A DNA stretch of 64,000 nt from Lachnospiraceae bacterium (lineage in GTDB: Bacteria > Bacillota > Clostridia > Lachnospirales > Lachnospiraceae), in contig JAAVZU010000006.1 of assembly GCA_022791815.1 (NCBI GenBank), forward strand, positions 15,186 through 79,185. The letters run 5' to 3'. Below, piece after piece: positions 28,866-38,466 of the stretch. How positions within the stretch are numbered: the first letter of the stretch is position 1; each line of letters begins with the position of its first letter. The notes beneath the pieces were generated by a model that was not told the origin of the DNA, did not search any database, and saw nothing but the letters and a program-made list of their open reading frames with translations. Position numbers and translations under genes: made by a program.

Positions 28866-29852
28866 ATGGGAAAAAGAAAAAAGATGTTATTTTTGTTTAA
28901 TCCCTGTTCTGGGAAAGAACAAATAAAAAATAAATTAGCAGATATTCTGGATATTTTTGCAAAAGCTGATATGGAGATTGTAGTACGGCCAACCCAACAT
29001 GCAAAAGATGCCTACGAAACAATTGCGAAAACAGGGCATGAATATCATATGATAGTGTCTGCTGGTGGGGATGGAACCCTAAATGAAAGTTTTAATGGGC
29101 TGATGGAGGTAGCCAAAGAACAAAGACCATATTTTGGATATATTCCTACAGGGACCACTAATGATTTTGCAAATACATTAAAAATTTCTAAGAATCCACT
29201 AGAAGCAGCACAAGGGATTTTAGAGGGTGAAAAATTCTGGTGCGATGTTGGAAAAGCAAACACAGGATATTTTGCCTATGTAGCAGCTTTTGGTGTGTTT
29301 ACAAATGTAGCATACGATACACCCCAAGGCACAAAGAATATGCTAGGACATCTGGCATATATTCTTGAGGGAATCAAAGGAATTGTAAATATAGAAAGTT
29401 ATGATATGAAAGTGGAATATCAGGACAAATCTGGAAATAAGCAGGAGTATGAAGATAGTTTTATCTTTGGCATGGTATCTAATACCCGTTCTGTTGGAGG
29501 AATGAATCTAAAAAATACGGAAACTATAGATTTGCAGGATGGGTATTTTGAAGTAATATTAGTGAAAAAACCGAATAATCCTATTGAATTACAGCTTACT
29601 ATCAATGCGTTATTAACTAGGGATTTGCAATCAGAACGATTATATTTTTTCCATACAGATGCTGTTCGGTTTAATTGTGAGAAAGAAGTTTCTTGGACTT
29701 TAGATGGGGAATATGGTGGAACACAGAAAAAAATGAATGTGATTAATCTGCCCAAAGAAATACTTATGAAGGTAAAACCAGTAAAAAAGGGATTAATGAA
29801 TGCACTATTATCAGTAATTGAAGGTTCTAATAAGCAAGATGAAGATTCATGA
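28866..29852 (+). CDS. Diacylglycerol-kinase-family lipid kinase (YegS/BmrU type)
   Basis: LFLFNPCSGK..., SAGGDGTLNE and PTGTTNDFA motifs. Confidence 0.88.
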   Translation: MGKRKKMLFLFNPCSGKEQIKNKLADILDIFAKADMEIVVRPTQHAKDAYETIAKTGHEYHMIVSAGGDGTLNESFNGLMEVAKEQRPYFGYIPTGTTNDFANTLKISKNPLEAAQGILEGEKFWCDVGKANTGYFAYVAAFGVFTNVAYDTPQGTKNMLGHLAYILEGIKGIVNIESYDMKVEYQDKSGNKQEYEDSFIFGMVSNTRSVGGMNLKNTETIDLQDGYFEVILVKKPNNPIELQLTINALLTRDLQSERLYFFHTDAVRFNCEKEVSWTLDGEYGGTQKKMNVINLPKEILMKVKPVKKGLMNALLSVIEGSNKQDEDS

Positions 29853-29968
29853 TTGTTCAGAATAATTTTTTATATGTATAGAGACTGATATATATTTGAG
29901 TATATTATGAACTAAAAAACGGTTATTGTATAGGATTAAATACAATATTTACATGGGGGATGATTCCT

Positions 29969-30859
29969 ATGGAAATCAGGGTTCTTCGGTATTTTCTTAC
30001 TGTAGTAAGAGAAGAAAGCATAACAAAAGCGGCAGAGGTACTTCACATTACACAACCCACGCTAAGTCGTCAGTTGGCACAATTAGAAGAAGATATAGGA
30101 GTTAAATTATTTTATAGAGGTAATCGTAAAATTAGTCTGATAAATGAGGGAATATTGCTACGGAGGCGGGCTGAGGAGATTTTGCAACTTGTAGACAAAA
30201 CAGAAAGAGAATTGGTGGAACAGGAAGAACAGATTGAGGGAAAGATTACAATTGGTTGTGGAGAAATTGCTGCTGTTCAACTGTTGCCAGAATTATTTGA
30301 GTCTTTTAGTAGAAAATATTCCCATGTCAGTTATGATATTTATACAGCAACCGCTGATTTGGTAAAAGAACATATGGATCAGGGCTTGATTGATGTAGGA
30401 CTGTTGTTGGAACCAATTGACATTGAAAAGTATGATTTTATTCGACTTGACAAAAAAGAAAAATGGGTTGCTTTGATGAGACTAGATGATAAACTGGCAA
30501 AACACGATTATGTTACACCTTGTGAATTGGCAGAATATCCAGTTATTTTACCACGCTGTCTAAAAGTACAGAGTGAGCTTGCCAGTTGGTTTGGAGATTA
30601 TTATGAAAATCTGCATGTATTGTTTACAAGTAACTTAAGTTCCAATTCTGCCGTAATGGTAGAGAAAGGATTAGCACGTTCCTTGGTAATTGAAGGGTTT
30701 ACTCCTTTCTGGGATCAGACAAAGATAACATACAGACCGCTGTACCCAGAGTTGACAGCAACTTGTGTGTTTGCGTGGAAAAGGCAGCAACCTTTTAGTC
30801 TGGCAGCAACAAAATTTATTGAACATGCTAAATGCTTTTTGAGCATGGGTAAACCATAA
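29969..30859 (+). CDS. LysR-family transcriptional regulator
   Basis: MEIRVLRYFLTVVREESITKAAEVLHITQPTLSRQLAQLEEDIGVKLF HTH, followed by a substrate-binding domain. Confidence 0.92.
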   Translation: MEIRVLRYFLTVVREESITKAAEVLHITQPTLSRQLAQLEEDIGVKLFYRGNRKISLINEGILLRRRAEEILQLVDKTERELVEQEEQIEGKITIGCGEIAAVQLLPELFESFSRKYSHVSYDIYTATADLVKEHMDQGLIDVGLLLEPIDIEKYDFIRLDKKEKWVALMRLDDKLAKHDYVTPCELAEYPVILPRCLKVQSELASWFGDYYENLHVLFTSNLSSNSAVMVEKGLARSLVIEGFTPFWDQTKITYRPLYPELTATCVFAWKRQQPFSLAATKFIEHAKCFLSMGKP

Positions 30860-30901
30860 AAACTAAGTATTTGATATACTATTGAAATATAGTTAAAATG
30901 T

Positions 30902-30948
30902 AAGTGTACACAGAATAGAAATTTTATTCTGGATACACTTATTTTTTT
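30902..30948 (+). terminator. Rho-independent terminator after the LysR gene
   Basis: AAGTGTACACAGAATA...TATTCTGGATACACTT followed by TTTTTTT. Confidence 0.7.
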
Positions 30949-31122
30949 CTTTTCCTTCACTATATATGAAGTGAAATGATTTGTATTTAATACTATGTTG
31001 AATAAGGAAATAGGGATGTATGGGTTGGGTTTTGAATATGTGTTGTATAATATCAGATTGTTGATTTTAGAAATAGATGATTGTTATGGTTGAGAGCAAT
31101 GCAAGTATAGCTTGAGGTGATA

Positions 31123-31743
31123 TGTGAATTTTGGTACTATGTCAAGTTTTAGTACAAATTAAATCGGGAAGATTTTTAATAATCCATTATCCGAAAACGG
31201 TTTATCCACTCACTTTTTAATATAGCATGGAAATATTCTATACACGCATTGTCCCATGGATACGCTTTTTTGGAATAACTTAACTTCCATCCTTCCGCTG
31301 CTTCCCTGTATGCATCACATGTATACTGGATTCCACGGTTACTGTGCATGACTTTGGGCTTATCCATATGTCTCTCTTTTTTCACTTTTTCAATTGCTTC
31401 CACAACCCATTGTGCTTTCAATGTATCCCTTAATTCCCTCTTCAGTCTGGCTATTTCCTTTGCCTCATCACTGGAATAATTACCTGAACCTCTTACTGGC
31501 ACTTCACCATGATTCTCTTTGGCAGCTTTTGCCCATGTGCCTAAAGCTGTTTTGCTGATACCAAGATTCCCAGCACATTTTAATAACCCAAGTTCTTTGT
31601 GTTCTAAATAATATTTTATCGTATCTTCTTTAAATTGTTTATCATAATGTTTACTCATGAAAAATCTCCATCCTTTCTGTTTTTTATTGTAACTTATTTT
31701 AGGAATTTTTCCACTTTTAACTTGTACCATTTTTATTCTAACA
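31123..31743 (-). mobile_element. IS3-family insertion sequence remnant with internal deletion (~620 bp)
   Basis: Imperfect terminal repeats both begin TGT and share GAAT..TGGTAC..CAAGTT..AGT (31123-31155 versus the reverse complement of 31711-31743). Encodes a fused OrfA/OrfB-tail ORF. A full IS3 element would be ~1.2-1.5 kb. Confidence 0.7.
31176..31658 (-). pseudogene. IS3 transposase remnant: OrfA HTH fused to the extreme C-terminus of OrfB
   Basis: MSKHYDKQFKEDTIKYY...SDEAKEIARLKRELRD (IS3 OrfA) runs directly into HSNRGIQYTCDAYRE...YPWDNACIEYFHAILKSEW (the end of the DDE domain). The catalytic core is missing. Confidence 0.8.
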
Positions 31744-31747
31744 CTAG

Positions 31748-32332
31748 ATAGACAAGGCATATTATATCTGTCAAACATATAACCGTTTAGGCAAAAATGC
31801 CTGCACAAGCCATAAAATCGAGGCGAGGGATTTATACAATCTTGTGCTTTCGGACATACAGGAAGTCGGGGCTATGGCACTGAAGGACAAAGAAACGTTT
31901 TATGGCAGACTAAACCAAAAGATAGAAAAACAGTACCTTGCGGATACGGACAGTCTGAAAAAGGAATACGAGAACCTTGCACAGCGTAATCAGGAGATTG
32001 ATGATACCTTTATCAGCCTGTATGCGGACAAGGCAAAAGGAATACTTACGGAAAAGCGTTTTCTGAAGCTGACAGATGCAATGGAAAAGGAGCAGGAAAG
32101 CAACCAGAAACGTATGCAGGAGATAGCATCACTTATCAGTGAGGAGGAACAGTCAGAGGGAGATGTGCAGATGTTTATGGGGGAAATCAGGCGATATGCT
32201 GCCATTACAGAACTTGATGAAACAGTGTTGAACCGACTGATTAACCGCATATTGATAGGAGAGCCTAAGAAAGTGGACGGGGTAAAGACACAGGAAGTAC
32301 GGATTGTATATAATTTTGTCGGGGAATTGTAA
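31748..32332 (+). pseudogene. C-terminal fragment of a large serine recombinase (zinc-ribbon + coiled-coil/DUF4368-like tail)
   Basis: The open frame begins right at the IS end with no start codon: YYICQTYNRLGKNACTSHKIEARDLYNLV (recombinase Zn-ribbon pattern) ... EVRIVYNFVGEL. The N-terminal resolvase catalytic domain is absent. Confidence 0.75.
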
Positions 32333-33214
32333 AATAGTAGGGTATTGTGCTATGTAACTGAAAATAATAACCAAGAGAGCAGGGATTTGAGAGAGTCCTT
32401 GCTAAGAGTGTTTCCGACACTCCTAAAAGGTGTGTCGGTATCTGTTAAAATTGTTTCGGATTAAGTAAGCATAGATAGTATAATATTATTGGAATTTATT
32501 TAATGAAATTGATTAAATATAATATCCTTAATAAAATATCCTTAATAAGTTTTTAAGATACTGAAAAATGCATTATAACAGGGTGTAATTGAAGATTCTG
32601 AATTGAATTGTTAATAAAAAATGAGGAATTAGTAAAAATATACAAAGATTTACTTTGTATTTCTGTTTGATAATAAATTTTTTATATTATAAAATTAAAA
32701 TATATTATTTATGCTAGTAAGGTTCAACAAGAATAAAATTAAAATTTTTAAGAGCAGGGAGGGGATAATACAGGAAAAGGAAAGGAAGGAAAAGCTAATG
32801 TTATGTGAGACGATTTTCTTACATGATAATTACTAAGGATAAAAATACTCAACTGAATATGGGTAATAGAAATACATATAAAATTAAGCTATTAAGTGAA
32901 ATTTGTTGAAAAATATAGGGACTGATATAGCAGGTTGGTTTCTTTATTATTAAAAATGAAACAATAGAAGCATTGGCTTTAATGGATAAAAGTACATAAA
33001 AATACAACGATTATTGTCTGGCAGTGCTATCTGGTTTTGAAAAATGGAAGTGCTGTATAAAATGGCAAAGAGAGAAAAATTAAGGGACTATGGATAAAGC
33101 ATTTTCTAACAATCAGGTAGAAAGAAAATGAGAAATGAATCTACGAAACCTTAAAGAAAATAGTCATAATTATTAGGAGATAAAAGTGGCTATGATGTGA
33201 TTGGAGGTATTTTT

Positions 33215-36200
33215 ATGCGTAATTATTCAATAAATAAACAAGTGAAAAGAATATTAGCAGGTATTTTGACCATAATTATGGTTTTTGTGAGCATTGACCT
33301 GAGCCAATTTGTATCTGTTCAGGCGGCAACCGAGTATGATACATTATATTTGATTGATAATACTGCTGAAAAGTGGGTAAAAAATGACAATGCTAAAATC
33401 AAAGCAATTGATAACAGCAATGGACATACGGCATATTGGATGACAAAAAAGAACGAAACTACATGGAGTGTTAAAGTTCCTAAAAGTGCATATAACATTA
33501 CTTTTAATCGTTATGCCGAGGATAAAACGACACAATGGAATTCGTGGAGTGCCGGAGGAAGAGATAAAAACAATGCATATTATGTGGACGGAAGTGAATA
33601 TGGTCATTGGGGTATTAGCGATGAAGAAGAAGAATATTTCCATGCAGGAGATATTATATATCTTGATGTATCAGAGTTTACACAATGGGAAAATGATGAT
33701 GCAGTGATGTATGCTAATTTTACCAATGCATCTAAGGAAGAAAATAGTGGAAAAGATGTATTGATATCTGGTGCAAATAAAGAGATTTACAATCCTAATA
33801 AAGTCAAAAATAAGGTAGAAAAAGGTATATATCAGTATATTGTTACACAAGAAGATGAAGAGGCAACTATGTTGAGGTTCTGGAGGGGGAATGATACAAC
33901 TTTATGGAATTGTTCGGTGGTTCTCTCTTATGATGACTATTTAAAAGGGTTAAATTGTGTAAAAATTACAAAATGGGAAAATACTGGGGATATTTACCAT
34001 TATAAATATAATATTGATAAAGAAAAAGATACCGATAATGACAATGTTCCTGATTATATTGAAAATCTTTTAGGAACAGATATAACTTCAGATGATACAG
34101 ATGGGGATGGACTTTCTGATTATATTGAGATATATATAACAGGAACAGACCCAATCTATGTTGATACAGACGAAAATGGTGTAAATGATGGCGATGAAGA
34201 TGCTGATGCTGATGGACTTACAAACTTAGAAGAAATTACATATGGAACAAATGCAGCATTAAAAGATACAGACGGAGATTCTTTAACAGATTATGATGAA
34301 ATCAACATTTATGGAACAGATCCGCTTTCTGCAGATACGGATAAAGATGGAGCCAATGATGGTATTGAAGTTTCTATGGGAACAGATCCACTTGTGGCTG
34401 AATCAAGCTTTAAGGTTCATGCAACATCAAGTGATATAGATACAGTAAAAGCATCTGTTGACATAGAACTTTCAGCAAAACAGCTTACAACATTATCGGT
34501 CGAGCGATATGAAGATGAATTCATGTTTCCTAAGGAAATCCCAGGATATATTGGTGGATGTTATGAATTTAGTGTTGATGGAAGCTTTGATGAAGCAACA
34601 ATCAATTTTGAATTTGATGAGACACTTTTAGAGGATAGTGATTTTAATCCTGTAATATATTATTTTAACGAAAGTGAGCAGGAGCTTGAGGCACTTGATA
34701 CAACAGTAAAAGGAAATGTGGCAAGTGCAACAACATGTCATTTTTCTAAATATATCCTTTTAAACAGAATTGTTTATGAGGAGTCCTTCACATGGCAGGA
34801 TGTGTGGACAAGCAATAACTATACAGATGTTGAAATTGTATTAGTGATTGATGATTCAGGAAGTATGACTCAAAATGATAAGACAAATCAAAGACTTTTA
34901 GTAGCCCAGACTTTGATTGATCATTTACCAAGAAATAGTAAGGTAGGTGTTCTTAAGTTTACAAACTCAACTACTCGTCTTACATCAAAGATTACTTCTG
35001 ACAAGGATGCAGCAAAATCTTATCTCACAACATCATATTTTAAGTCATCTGGCGGTACTTATATGTATAGTGCTGTAAATTCGGCTCTTGGGCTGTTTGA
35101 GTCACCTGCTGATACAACTCTAAGAATGATGGTAGTATTAAGCGATGGTGAAACATCTGACAAATCAAGTCATTCGACAACAGTGACAGCAGCAAATAAT
35201 AGTGGTGTGAAGATTTATTCTATAGGTCTTGGATCAGGGAGTTCCTCATATTTTACAAATTACATGAAACCGCTTGCAGTAAATACAGGTGGAATGTTTT
35301 ATCTTGCTTCAAATGCAACACAGCTTTCTGATATCTATAAGGATATTACAGAAAAAATTGATATTGAAACAGATAGTGATAGTGATGGGATTCCAGATTA
35401 CTATGAAGATAATATGATCATGTTCAACGGAATGAGGTTGACTCTGGATAAGAACAATCCGGATACAGATAATGATGGCTTAAAGGACGGCGAAGAAGTT
35501 TGTGAGCTTAAGTATGAGTACAATTCGGATAAGACTAAGGTCAAGGTTACAGGAAAAATCATAGCTGATCCAACAGTGAAGGATACAGATTACGATGGAA
35601 TCAATGATGATATAGATGAAAATCCATTGTTAGGCAAATTTACAGGAAAAATGATTAGTTACTATGATGCATCTGATGCAAGCTATACTTTTGATTATCG
35701 TCAGTTCTTTGAGAATAGCACAACGTTTAATAAGGCTATAAGCACATCTTCAATTATATTTGCTAATACAATATACGATAACTGGGGATTCTCATATGAA
35801 ACAGGAAATAGTGGAGAAATCAAAGACATTAAAACTCTTATGGAACTTCATGGTTTTGAAAACGTAGAGAATTATGATCTAAAAATTAACTATGATGATG
35901 ACGATGTATCTGAAATTGGAATTGGATTTCATAATGTGACCTATAAGGATGAGACATTAACTGTTTTAGCAGTAATTGTTAGAGGCACAAATGGTACTAT
36001 CAAGGAGTGGAGTAGTAATGTAAATTTGGGAGATCCAGATAGCTGGTCGTCTGATTGTCATAAGGGATTTTATACTGCAGAGCAGAGAATTATGAAGTAT
36101 CTTAAGGAATATCTTGATGCAAATGAGGAACTGTTTGAATCAAATATTGTATATTGGGTAACAGGTCATTCAAGAGGAGCTGCTATTGCCAATCTCTTAT

Positions 36201-36910
36201 CAGCAGAGTTAATTGACAATGGAAAGAATGTATATGGATATACGTATGCTTCACCAGGAACTACTATTAGCTCAGAGAAAACTGCAGCTAAGTATAATTC
36301 TATATTTAATTTAAAAAACAGTAGTGATGTTATAACATATGTGCCACTTCCGCAGTGGGATTTTGGAACATTTGGAGTAACAATCCATACAGATATTACA
36401 GCATTGAAACTTGATTATGTGTGGTGTAAACAGACAGGTCGGTCACAATATAACGCATTCAGTAGTAGTGTGTTGAATGTTGCAACAAATCGTCTTTACA
36501 AAAGCTGTGCATCTTCATGGGCTGAGGCTTATGATTATGCTGGGGTTCAAAATATTTCGGATGACCAATATGCAATGATTTCAGAACGTGCAAAGAGATA
36601 CTGTAAGATTGAAGAGAGAAAGACTTTATTTGGAAATCATAAAGGATATAAACTTTATCCTTCAACTATATTTATGTTCCAGATTTGTATGGAGATTTAT
36701 GCTGGTTCTAAGACAGAACAGGCTAATTCATTAGAATTATTGAAAGAATTTATTAACAGTAAATTTGCAGGAGCTTTGATTCTTTTAATAGGAGAAGTTT
36801 TAATAACTGGTATTCCTGAAGAACTTGATGAATCAATGGTGGGAGACGGACATTCTCCTTCAACTTACTATGTGTTGAATAACAAATTTATAGAGACCGA
36901 GGGGGTTTAA
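33215..36910 (+). CDS. Large secreted multidomain protein: two beta-sandwich modules, TSP3-type Ca-binding repeats, vWA domain, second TSP3 block, C-terminal class-3 lipase domain
   Basis: Signal peptide ending VSVQA-AT. DxDxDGxxDxxE repeats at ~34015-34395 and ~35370-35630. MIDAS DDSGS at 34850-34864. Lipase triad candidates are GHSRG (36164-36178), DVITYVPLP (36326) and DGHSPSTYY (36851). ATG 33215 follows GGAGG. Confidence 0.85.
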   Translation: MRNYSINKQVKRILAGILTIIMVFVSIDLSQFVSVQAATEYDTLYLIDNTAEKWVKNDNAKIKAIDNSNGHTAYWMTKKNETTWSVKVPKSAYNITFNRYAEDKTTQWNSWSAGGRDKNNAYYVDGSEYGHWGISDEEEEYFHAGDIIYLDVSEFTQWENDDAVMYANFTNASKEENSGKDVLISGANKEIYNPNKVKNKVEKGIYQYIVTQEDEEATMLRFWRGNDTTLWNCSVVLSYDDYLKGLNCVKITKWENTGDIYHYKYNIDKEKDTDNDNVPDYIENLLGTDITSDDTDGDGLSDYIEIYITGTDPIYVDTDENGVNDGDEDADADGLTNLEEITYGTNAALKDTDGDSLTDYDEINIYGTDPLSADTDKDGANDGIEVSMGTDPLVAESSFKVHATSSDIDTVKASVDIELSAKQLTTLSVERYEDEFMFPKEIPGYIGGCYEFSVDGSFDEATINFEFDETLLEDSDFNPVIYYFNESEQELEALDTTVKGNVASATTCHFSKYILLNRIVYEESFTWQDVWTSNNYTDVEIVLVIDDSGSMTQNDKTNQRLLVAQTLIDHLPRNSKVGVLKFTNSTTRLTSKITSDKDAAKSYLTTSYFKSSGGTYMYSAVNSALGLFESPADTTLRMMVVLSDGETSDKSSHSTTVTAANNSGVKIYSIGLGSGSSSYFTNYMKPLAVNTGGMFYLASNATQLSDIYKDITEKIDIETDSDSDGIPDYYEDNMIMFNGMRLTLDKNNPDTDNDGLKDGEEVCELKYEYNSDKTKVKVTGKIIADPTVKDTDYDGINDDIDENPLLGKFTGKMISYYDASDASYTFDYRQFFENSTTFNKAISTSSIIFANTIYDNWGFSYETGNSGEIKDIKTLMELHGFENVENYDLKINYDDDDVSEIGIGFHNVTYKDETLTVLAVIVRGTNGTIKEWSSNVNLGDPDSWSSDCHKGFYTAEQRIMKYLKEYLDANEELFESNIVYWVTGHSRGAAIANLLSAELIDNGKNVYGYTYASPGTTISSEKTAAKYNSIFNLKNSSDVITYVPLPQWDFGTFGVTIHTDITALKLDYVWCKQTGRSQYNAFSSSVLNVATNRLYKSCASSWAEAYDYAGVQNISDDQYAMISERAKRYCKIEERKTLFGNHKGYKLYPSTIFMFQICMEIYAGSKTEQANSLELLKEFINSKFAGALILLIGEVLITGIPEELDESMVGDGHSPSTYYVLNNKFIETEGV

Positions 36911-36917
36911 TCAGATT

Positions 36918-37223
36918 TTGAGAAACTATATAAAAATTTTTTCGATAACCATATCCATACAAATTGTTGCAGTAGCATTGGGCTTCGTTCTGGCTTTTGA
37001 TTCGGGACGTGGCTACAGTGCACTTCCGATGTTGATTGTTGTTGGATATGTTATTTCTTTGATAACAGACATCTATCTGGCAGTGAAGATTGATACCATT
37101 TGGTATAAAAAAATGATTTACATATTCTTGATGCCAACAAACTATACACCAATCGGATTGCTATGGTTTGCAATGTATTGTTTGGGGAAATTTTTTGAGA
37201 TGCTACCACCTAATCTTGGTTGA
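36918..37223 (+). CDS. Small three-helix membrane protein immediately downstream of the lipase gene
   Basis: TTG start 7 nt after the lipase stop, with GAGGGGG 12 nt upstream. About 100 aa, three hydrophobic segments. The start codon is uncertain (internal ATG at codon 38). Confidence 0.45.
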   Translation: MRNYIKIFSITISIQIVAVALGFVLAFDSGRGYSALPMLIVVGYVISLITDIYLAVKIDTIWYKKMIYIFLMPTNYTPIGLLWFAMYCLGKFFEMLPPNLG

Positions 37224-37394
37224 AAGATTTAAGTCAATAACTTAATAATTCAAACTGTCTATATCAATAGGGTGTATTTGAATTTTATACTTTATATATT
37301 TCTAACATAAGTGATTTAAATAGTTGCTTTGAGTATTAATAACAACATAATACAAAGGATATGGGATTTAACTATATATAATAATTATTTTACA

Positions 37395-37423
37395 AAAGAG
37401 AGCTAATTAATTGCTCTCTTTTT
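37395..37423 (+). terminator. Rho-independent terminator after the lipase/membrane-protein pair
   Basis: AAAGAGAGC-taattaatt-GCTCTCTTT followed by TT. Confidence 0.65.
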
Positions 37424-37873
37424 CTTATAAAAATAATCAATTTTTTTAATTTTAATCAGAAAACTTAATATGTCCGAAAATAAATTTTTCTAACAAGAGA
37501 TAAAACAGTTTTTATATCAGATAAAAGAAATGTCGTAAGCGATGAATAACCTACCGTTCCCGTACCTCTCTTTTTATGAGATAATCATCTTACATGGATC
37601 ACAACCTAAAGGACGAATTAAGTGATATTCCTCTTTTTTATGGAAGGGGTTGCATCCCATCACTTCTGTTATTAAACAATATTTGTAATGAAATGGGTAA
37701 TGGAAGGTTATCGGAGGAGATAATGCAAATTGTAGCAGATCTTAATCCAAATGCAATAGTGTAAGTTGTGTTTTACAGCCAGCCTTCCAGCTGGCTGATA
37801 TTATGTCATAGTTTTTGAGCATGGGGTAACAAACAAAATAAGTATTAGACTTTTGTGGAAGGAAGTTAGTACA

Positions 37874-38150
37874 ATGAAAAAAAGTAAATTTTTTTGTCCT
37901 ATACTTGACAGATGTAGGATTTCCAGTTTGGTGGGGGAAAGAACCAATGATTATACGGACTTTTTTGGAATCCTACAAACTAAAAGGAAAAAAGATTGTA
38001 CCATTTTGCACTAGTGGTGGAAGTGGTATCTCTGGAAGCATGAAAGGCATAAAAAAGGCAGCAAAAGGTGCAAAAGTGGTAAAAGGAAAAGATTTAACAG
38101 ATTTGTCTTACAAGAGTGTAAAAAAATGGGCGAAAAAGAAAGTGAAATAA
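37874..38150 (+). pseudogene. Flavodoxin-like gene remnant (signal-peptide start fused out of frame to the C-terminal half)
   Basis: ATG 37874 gives MKKSKFF..., then a frame change. The ORF 37905..38150 encodes only the C-terminal flavodoxin segment (GFPVWWGKEPMIIRTFLESYKLKGKKIVPFCTSGGSG). About 100 aa of the N-terminal FMN-binding part are missing. Confidence 0.6.
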
Positions 38151-38185
38151 AAAATTTTTCTTACATTTTGTTTAATAGGGAGTAT

Positions 38186-38230
38186 AAGAAGTCCTTTTGG
38201 CAATACCCTTAGCCAAAGGGACTTCTTTTT
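38186..38230 (+). terminator. Hairpin terminator
   Basis: AAGAAGTCCTTTTGGC...GCCAAAGGGACTTCTT followed by TTT. Confidence 0.7.
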
Positions 38231-38332
38231 GCAGAAGAGGGGGAAATTTTAAGTTGTAGTGGGAAAGGAAAAAACTACCAATTACCTCATGACAACAGGT
38301 AAGTTTATAAATTTGGCTTTTTATAACTATTT

Positions 38333-38460
38333 GTAACTGTTTGGAACCATGAACAGTTACGTTTAAGCCCATAATAATTCGCCTTCGGCGAAGGGGCTTA
38401 AACATTACAGAATTTACTTTTTCTTACGAAACACGCAGTAAATGCGTGTTTCTTGAATAG
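38333..38460 (-). repeat. Family-1 three-hairpin repeat, full copy in inverted orientation (C-B-A on + strand), just 3' of parC
   Basis: GTAACTGTTTG-gaacca-TGAACAGTTAC (38333-38360). GTTTAAGCCC...[TTCGCC-ttcg-GCGAA]...GGGCTTAAAC (38361-38403). GAAACACGC-agtaaat-GCGTGTTTC (38428-38452). Confidence 0.88.
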
Positions 38461-38466
38461 TTAAGA

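Noticed and set aside
37560-37760. 57-aa ORF (MDHNLKDELSDIPLFYGRGC...IMQIVADLNPNAIV) in the island's right-hand junk region
   Set aside because: It has no RBS, is below the size cut-off, and sits among gene fragments. It is possibly another remnant, but I cannot assign it to a family from sequence alone.
38172-38405. 77-aa minus-strand ORF (MFKPLRRRRIIMGLNVTVHGSKQLQ...)
   Set aside because: Its N-terminal third is encoded by hairpins B and C of the family-1 repeat. The equivalent frames in the other full copies (28761-28860, 40811-40890) are interrupted or diverge, so it is a repeat-generated artefact.
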